Shown here: piece after piece, positions 58,972 to 64,000 of the stretch | Numbering within the stretch: the stretch's first letter is position 1 | Layout of the letters: each line of letters begins with the position of its first letter | Source: Nemertoderma westbladi | Taxonomy: Eukaryota; Animalia; Xenacoelomorpha | Reading direction: 5' to 3' | Assembly: GCA_032718475.1 (NCBI GenBank) | Contig: JAUCBJ010004144.1 | Location: forward strand, 144,355 to 208,354 | DNA: 64,000 nucleotides | Notes under the pieces: model-generated | What the model saw: the letters and a program-made list of their open reading frames with translations, nothing else | Database searches by the model: none | What the model was told of the DNA's origin: nothing | Made by a program: the position numbers and the translations under genes

Positions 58972-60420
58972 ATGGATACTTCTAATGATGATCCAATGGA
59001 TAATATCAATATACAGCGACAACAACTTTCAGAGGAATATCGTCGAGGTATGCGAGAGATGATGGAGGATTTGTTGACACCTGGAGTACCGCAACAGTAT
59101 ACGGAACCTTTAATGTCCCCGGTAGAGGTATCCGAGCGGCTACATTACCGCGCCTTTATGGACAGGTATACTAATATAGATGGATCTTATAAACCGTTTG
59201 TCATATCTGGGTACCCGAGCGATCTTATATACTCAGAAGATGTTCATGAGCGACAAGACATGGAAATGTAGCATTATCATGTACAGAGACAACAGGAGGA
59301 TACCGCGCGAATGGACAGGGAAGACACCATCCGAGACACCATGTCGACAGATGACGCAGAAACCAGCGTTAACGTGGCTAAATTCGAGGACTTAATCACG
59401 TTTCTTCGAGAAACTTATTTAAATATAGCGGCGGCCCAAACTCAACAAACTCATTATCCCAAAATTATTCACCCCGACCCGATAGCGGAGCTTAAACGTT
59501 TATATCATACAATGATGTATTTGACCGCAAGTAGACCTTTTACCTGTGCTACCGGACCGTTTCGACGCTATGGAAGAATATTGTAAAACCGGCGCTCGAT
59601 CCCCACACTTGAGTCGCCAGGACTTTAAATTATGGTATTATTGCGACGATTGTCCGCATCCCAACCAGCAGGTAAACCCCGCCGACCACGCGTGATGGGG
59701 TCGACCGGTCAACCACCCCCGTGAATGCTGTCCTAAACATAGCTACACGCGTTTCACATACGGAGGGTATGAGCGCTATCTATTCGGTATTGATGAACGA
59801 GCCTTAAAGAAACTGCGCAGAATGGAGCATCTGCCCGCCAACGTCCCGCGTTTTTCAGTGCGAGCTCCAGCTCCCAAGGTCCAACCATCCCCGGTCCTGC
59901 CTCAGGATTGTGGCCCCCTAGACGAGGACTATTCCGAATATTTAGATATGGTTCTACCAGAATAGCTGATTCCCCGAGAGGAACCGGTGATAACTCCCCT
60001 GATCCCACCCAGACTCGGAAGAGGATTTAGGCCTAGAGCTGTAACACCAGGCGAACAGTTGACACCAGGTGTAGTTATACCTCCTCGCAACGAAACCACC
60101 CAGTTAATAATGTCGTACAGTCTAGCCGGCATTCATGCGCATTTATCCACGACTCCATCTGGTACCTTATTAACGGAGCTCGCTTTGTTGGAGGCTATGG
60201 ACAATGTCGCGTTCCAACCGGAAATCAACACGTTGAGAACCCGTATCGCCGAAGGAGACTTATAATCCTTCTCGGATTTTCTCTCGAATCTCCAAGCCGA
60301 AGCTAAAGAGAAAGAACGACGTGAAGAGGAAGCGATAGCATTGGAGGATGCCGATCTTACCGCTTATCGCCAACCTTACGTTCAGTCCTTAATGGAAGGC
60401 TTCCAGCCTAAACGCTATGT
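58972..60420 (+). pseudogene. Accessory ORF2 of element C, fragmented
   Basis: FLRETYL...DPIAELKRLYHTMMYLT followed by LWYYCDDCP...CCPKH; colinear with ORF2 of B. Confidence 0.78.
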
Positions 60421-61491
60421 CCACCCTTCCATGCAGCACAAGGTTTTCGGCGCTAAACAGCTACACGTGTAGCTTTGGTGAACCCGCCGAAACCACCTGT
60501 GCCATCGCTGATGTCCCGGTATTAAAAACACCTACACTGGAACTGCTGCGTGTAGATGGCGAACTAGTACCTCCTTCTCGCACTCGAACTGACGTGATTC
60601 GAGAAAAGGTCCACGGAATAAACATATCGCGTCGCCCTCTACACTACCCCTTTTATGGGATCAAATACCATCCTCGCTTCGTGATGCTCAAGCAACACTA
60701 CGTAATACAACCCGAGCACCCCGGACAGGATATACGATTTCTACCGCTAGTAAATCCTTTGGACCTCGTGGAATTATAAACTTTACATCAGCATTTGGAC
60801 TCTTTAGTAAAACTGAACTCGTTTAAAAAAACCTTACAATATTGTGACCATAGAAGCTAGTCCGCGTCCACCTACCAATTTGGAAACATTTATGGACTAC
60901 CACCGTTTATTACATTGGAATTTGGACGTGACATTCCTGGAGGATGACCTGAAATATATCGAACCCAATATAAACTCCCATGAGATGCCTAGTTATGAAG
61001 CCTAGTTATGACACCCAGCTATGGGAATCGGTGCTGCCCTGTTACTACAACCAGTATTAGATATTCTGTTGGATGAATCCGTATACAAACTCGGTTCAGC
61101 CATATATCGGGATTTAACGGATGACTTCCCTATTGTCCATGATATACCATATCCTTTCGTCGACACTCAAGTCATCCTTCCTTGGGCGCAATCTCGCGGT
61201 TTTTTCAGAGTTATGTACCGGCGGAACGCCAATGATATGTATAACCGAGTTGATCGCACTTCCTCCGGTCATATAGCTTTCCAGGAGTACAGTTGGAATT
61301 TCAAAGAAACTGACCCCGAGACATATTCTCAATTTTATGGTGACGCATATTCGCCCTATTATTTTCAGGGACCACTCACCGCTCCTGGTGCCATGTATAG
61401 TTTTATGAGTGTCCCCTTACGCCCTTCATTGGCGATGTACCTCATATTCGAAAATCCAAGCGTTATCGGGATGGCTTGCGGACGTATGTAG
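60417..61491 (+). CDS. Uncharacterised ORF fragments (60417-60779 and 61021-61491) in the 3' cargo of element C
   Basis: Coding-like composition on the element's sense strand; no recognisable domain. Confidence 0.4.
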
Positions 61492-61538
61492 GCGTACATT
61501 GAGAGCACACCCGAACGAATACTGAATTCGGTAAATTC

Positions 61539-62348
61539 TTGAACTTCGAGTGCTTCCGACGTTTCCTGACCCCTTTCGCCAACATCGACAGCCAGTTCTG
61601 TGTAAAGTCGTTGTCCCAGCAGGAGTTACGCCATTATGCCACGGATGAGCTAGCCAGCGGTGGCTTTGCCATTTTCCGGAACGTGTGCGTTTCAAACTTG
61701 CATCCGTCGGTAATCGAGAGACCCATCATCAAACCCGGATTCTCGGTTGGCCAAATACAGACTGATATCATAGACGCTTCAGGCCAAATGGAAGAACCAA
61801 TTCATTTGGAAGCGACCTCAGTAACCACTACTGTTGTGTCCACGCCCGATAACGAGTCTGCCTTAATAGACTGGTATCGCGGAACTGAGCGGCTCACCGT
61901 CCGAGGTTTCCGTTACGCGTCATTCCAAAGACACATCTGTTGTGCGCACTGCGGTCTTCGCACACACAAGACTCCCATCCAGCCCGGAGTTCTCTGCGAC
62001 AGTCTCGTTGATAGCAATATTAAACTTCATTGCCCATATTGTCGTATTAGTGGTGATCACATTTTCTTCTCGTGTACAGTCTTTGCTACACAATGTGAGC
62101 GTTGTCAATTTAAAGGACACGGTAGTTCAAACTGCCCCTTTGGCCATGACATAGAAGTGGAAGATGAGACCAGCATTGCGCGATACATCCGATCATGGGA
62201 AGGATGCGCAGACCTCAATGCGTATGCTATGTCTCGATACGCCGCAGCAAGGGCTCATCTTGGAGTGTACGCGGTTACCCCCTTTGTTTGCGCCACTGAA
62301 GTTCGACATGCTTGGTTACCTAGCTACACATACTCCTCAATCATGTAG
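61539..62348 (+). CDS. Uncharacterised protein with CCHC-type zinc knuckles (3' cargo of element C)
   Basis: CAHCGLRTH, CPYCRISGDHIFFSC and CERCQFKGHGSSNC in a 269-codon frame that lacks an ATG start. Confidence 0.6.
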   Translation: MNFECFRRFLTPFANIDSQFCVKSLSQQELRHYATDELASGGFAIFRNVCVSNLHPSVIERPIIKPGFSVGQIQTDIIDASGQMEEPIHLEATSVTTTVVSTPDNESALIDWYRGTERLTVRGFRYASFQRHICCAHCGLRTHKTPIQPGVLCDSLVDSNIKLHCPYCRISGDHIFFSCTVFATQCERCQFKGHGSSNCPFGHDIEVEDETSIARYIRSWEGCADLNAYAMSRYAAARAHLGVYAVTPFVCATEVRHAWLPSYTYSSIM

Positions 62349-63020
62349 CTTCCTGCACCAACACCCGATTCGTTCGACGTTTTCTTCGAGAAATACATCC
62401 TGAACATGTGACTTCTTATGACATAATCAAATTCATTAAAGACTCCCCTTTCTATGGTCCCCACTTCCTGGAAAGACATCCCGAGTTGCTTCCACAGCAC
62501 TGAGCCTTCCAAGAACACGTTCATCGCGAGGGACCAGTCTCACACATTGTGCCTCCGAGAATTTTCCTCGGCCAACAGGCTCCGTTTGGTATCGCGACCC
62601 AAACTGTCCCCTCCGGGCCAGTACACACCGCCGTGCGGAAGCGCTTAGCCACTACCCCGGAACCGGGATTCCGTCGACCGGTTGTCGACTCAAACGCCGC
62701 GAGATCGTATAAATTAAAGAATCGCTATTGTTCTATGTATGTGAACCCAACACGGGTAGCCGCTGCTGCGAACGAACCAAACGATTATCTACGATCGGTT
62801 TCCTATCGAGTTCAAGTTAAATAGACTAAATAAATTTAATAACTAATAATGATAAGTGACGTATAATATTAATAATTATAAGCCGGATTTTATTATTCTT
62901 ACTGAAACAATAATAAACTCTTAATTTGTTTATAAACTACACAATATTGTCTCTTCCCTTTAGGTTTAACAGCTGGAGGGCGTCTCGTTACATATTGGAT
63001 GTAAATCATAGGTTTCGCAT

Positions 63021-64000
63021 TTGGGTTTACGGGTTGGATGTAACCCATGTATGTATTACCCGTTGGGTCTATGGGATGGATGAAATCCATGGATTACCCG
63101 TTGGGTCTACGGGATGGATTCTACAGGTTGGATGTAACCCATCGGTTTACCCGTTGGGTCAACGGGATGGATGTAACCCATGTGTTACCCGTTGGGTCAA
63201 CGGGATGGATGTAACCCATGGGTTACTCGTTGGGTCTACGGGATGGATGAAATCCATGGGTTACCCGTTGGGTCTACGGGATGGATTCTACGGGTTGGAT
63301 GTAACCCATGTGTTACCCGTTGGGACTATGGGATGGATGTAACCCATGTGTTACCCGTTGGGTCTATGGGATGGATGAAATCCATGGGTTACCCGTTGGG
63401 TGTACGGGATGGATTCTACGGGTTGGATGTAACCCATGGGTTACCCCTTGGGTCTACGGGATGGATGTAACCCATGTGTTACCCGTTGGGTCTATGGGAT
63501 GGATGAAATCAATGGGTTACCCGTTGGGTCTACGGGATGGATTCTAGGGTTTGGATGTAACCCATGGGTTACCCGTTTGGTCAACGGGATGGATGTAACC
63601 CATGGGTTACCCGTTGGGTCTACGGGTTGGATGTAACCCATGGATTACCCGTAGGGTCTACAGGATGGATGTAACCCATGGGTTACCCGTTCGATCTACG
63701 GGTTGGATGTAAGCCATGGGTTACCCGTTGGGTTTACGGGTTGGATGTAACCCATGGGTTACCCGTTGGGTCTTCTGGATGGATGTAACCCATGGATTAC
63801 CAGTTGGGTTTACGAGATGGATGTAGCCCATGGGATACCCGTTGGATATACGGGTTGGATGTAACCCATGGGTTACCCCTTAAGTCTACAGGTTGGATGA
63901 AACCCATGGGTTACACGTTGGATCAACGGGATGGATATAACCCATGGGTTAGAAGTTGGGTCTACTGGATTGATGTAACCCATGGGTACCCGTTAGTAGT
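63021..64000. repeat. 38-bp palindromic minisatellite with 128-bp higher-order units; runs off the window end
   Basis: Unit GGATGTAACCCATGGGTTACCCGTTGGGTCTACGGGAT. The 128-bp period (3x38+14) is seen at 63180, 63308 and 63436. Confidence 0.95.

Larger units (their letters stand above)
38911..62824 (+). mobile_element. Element C: decayed, 5'-truncated BEL/Pao element interrupted by element B; no LTR visible
   Basis: The pol fragments join across the insertion (AMDHYS|SWHKLCRA) and align to B (AIHHYSSWNRLCKA). A post-pol accessory region follows at 58972-62824. The right boundary is uncertain. Confidence 0.85.

Noticed and set aside
62926-63636. ORFs in the terminal minisatellite
   Set aside because: They are translations of the 38-bp repeat.

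Overview
Eukaryotic (probably invertebrate) heterochromatin-like window with no recognisable host gene; all coordinates were counted by hand. The left half is a ~415-bp satellite array (1-34738) with variable higher-order structure and an inverted terminal block. A young, full-length BEL/Pao LTR retrotransposon (element A, 9693-26806, 2.3-kb LTRs, GAATT TSD) is inserted in it. The right half is a nest of related BEL/Pao elements. Element B (40528-56461, minus strand, CAGTT TSD) sits inside the pol of a decayed element C (38911-62824). A gag/leader fragment D (35713-38900, minus) lies to the left, and a 38-bp palindromic minisatellite ends the window. The family has several unusual features. 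(1) Neither A nor B has a tRNA primer-binding site; in both, the bases right after the 5' LTR are exactly complementary to a segment inside the element's own LTR, suggesting Tf1-like self-priming. (2) A carries nine sense-oriented copies of a 20-nt hairpin across all three reading frames and non-coding DNA. (3) A, B and C share a non-env accessory ORF after pol with a CxxC...CxxH motif. (4) The LTRs of A contain a tRNA-like Pol III cassette and a highly structured R/U5 region. Together these suggest a BEL/Pao lineage with its own RNA-based priming and regulatory system. That interpretation is inference and has not been checked against any database.
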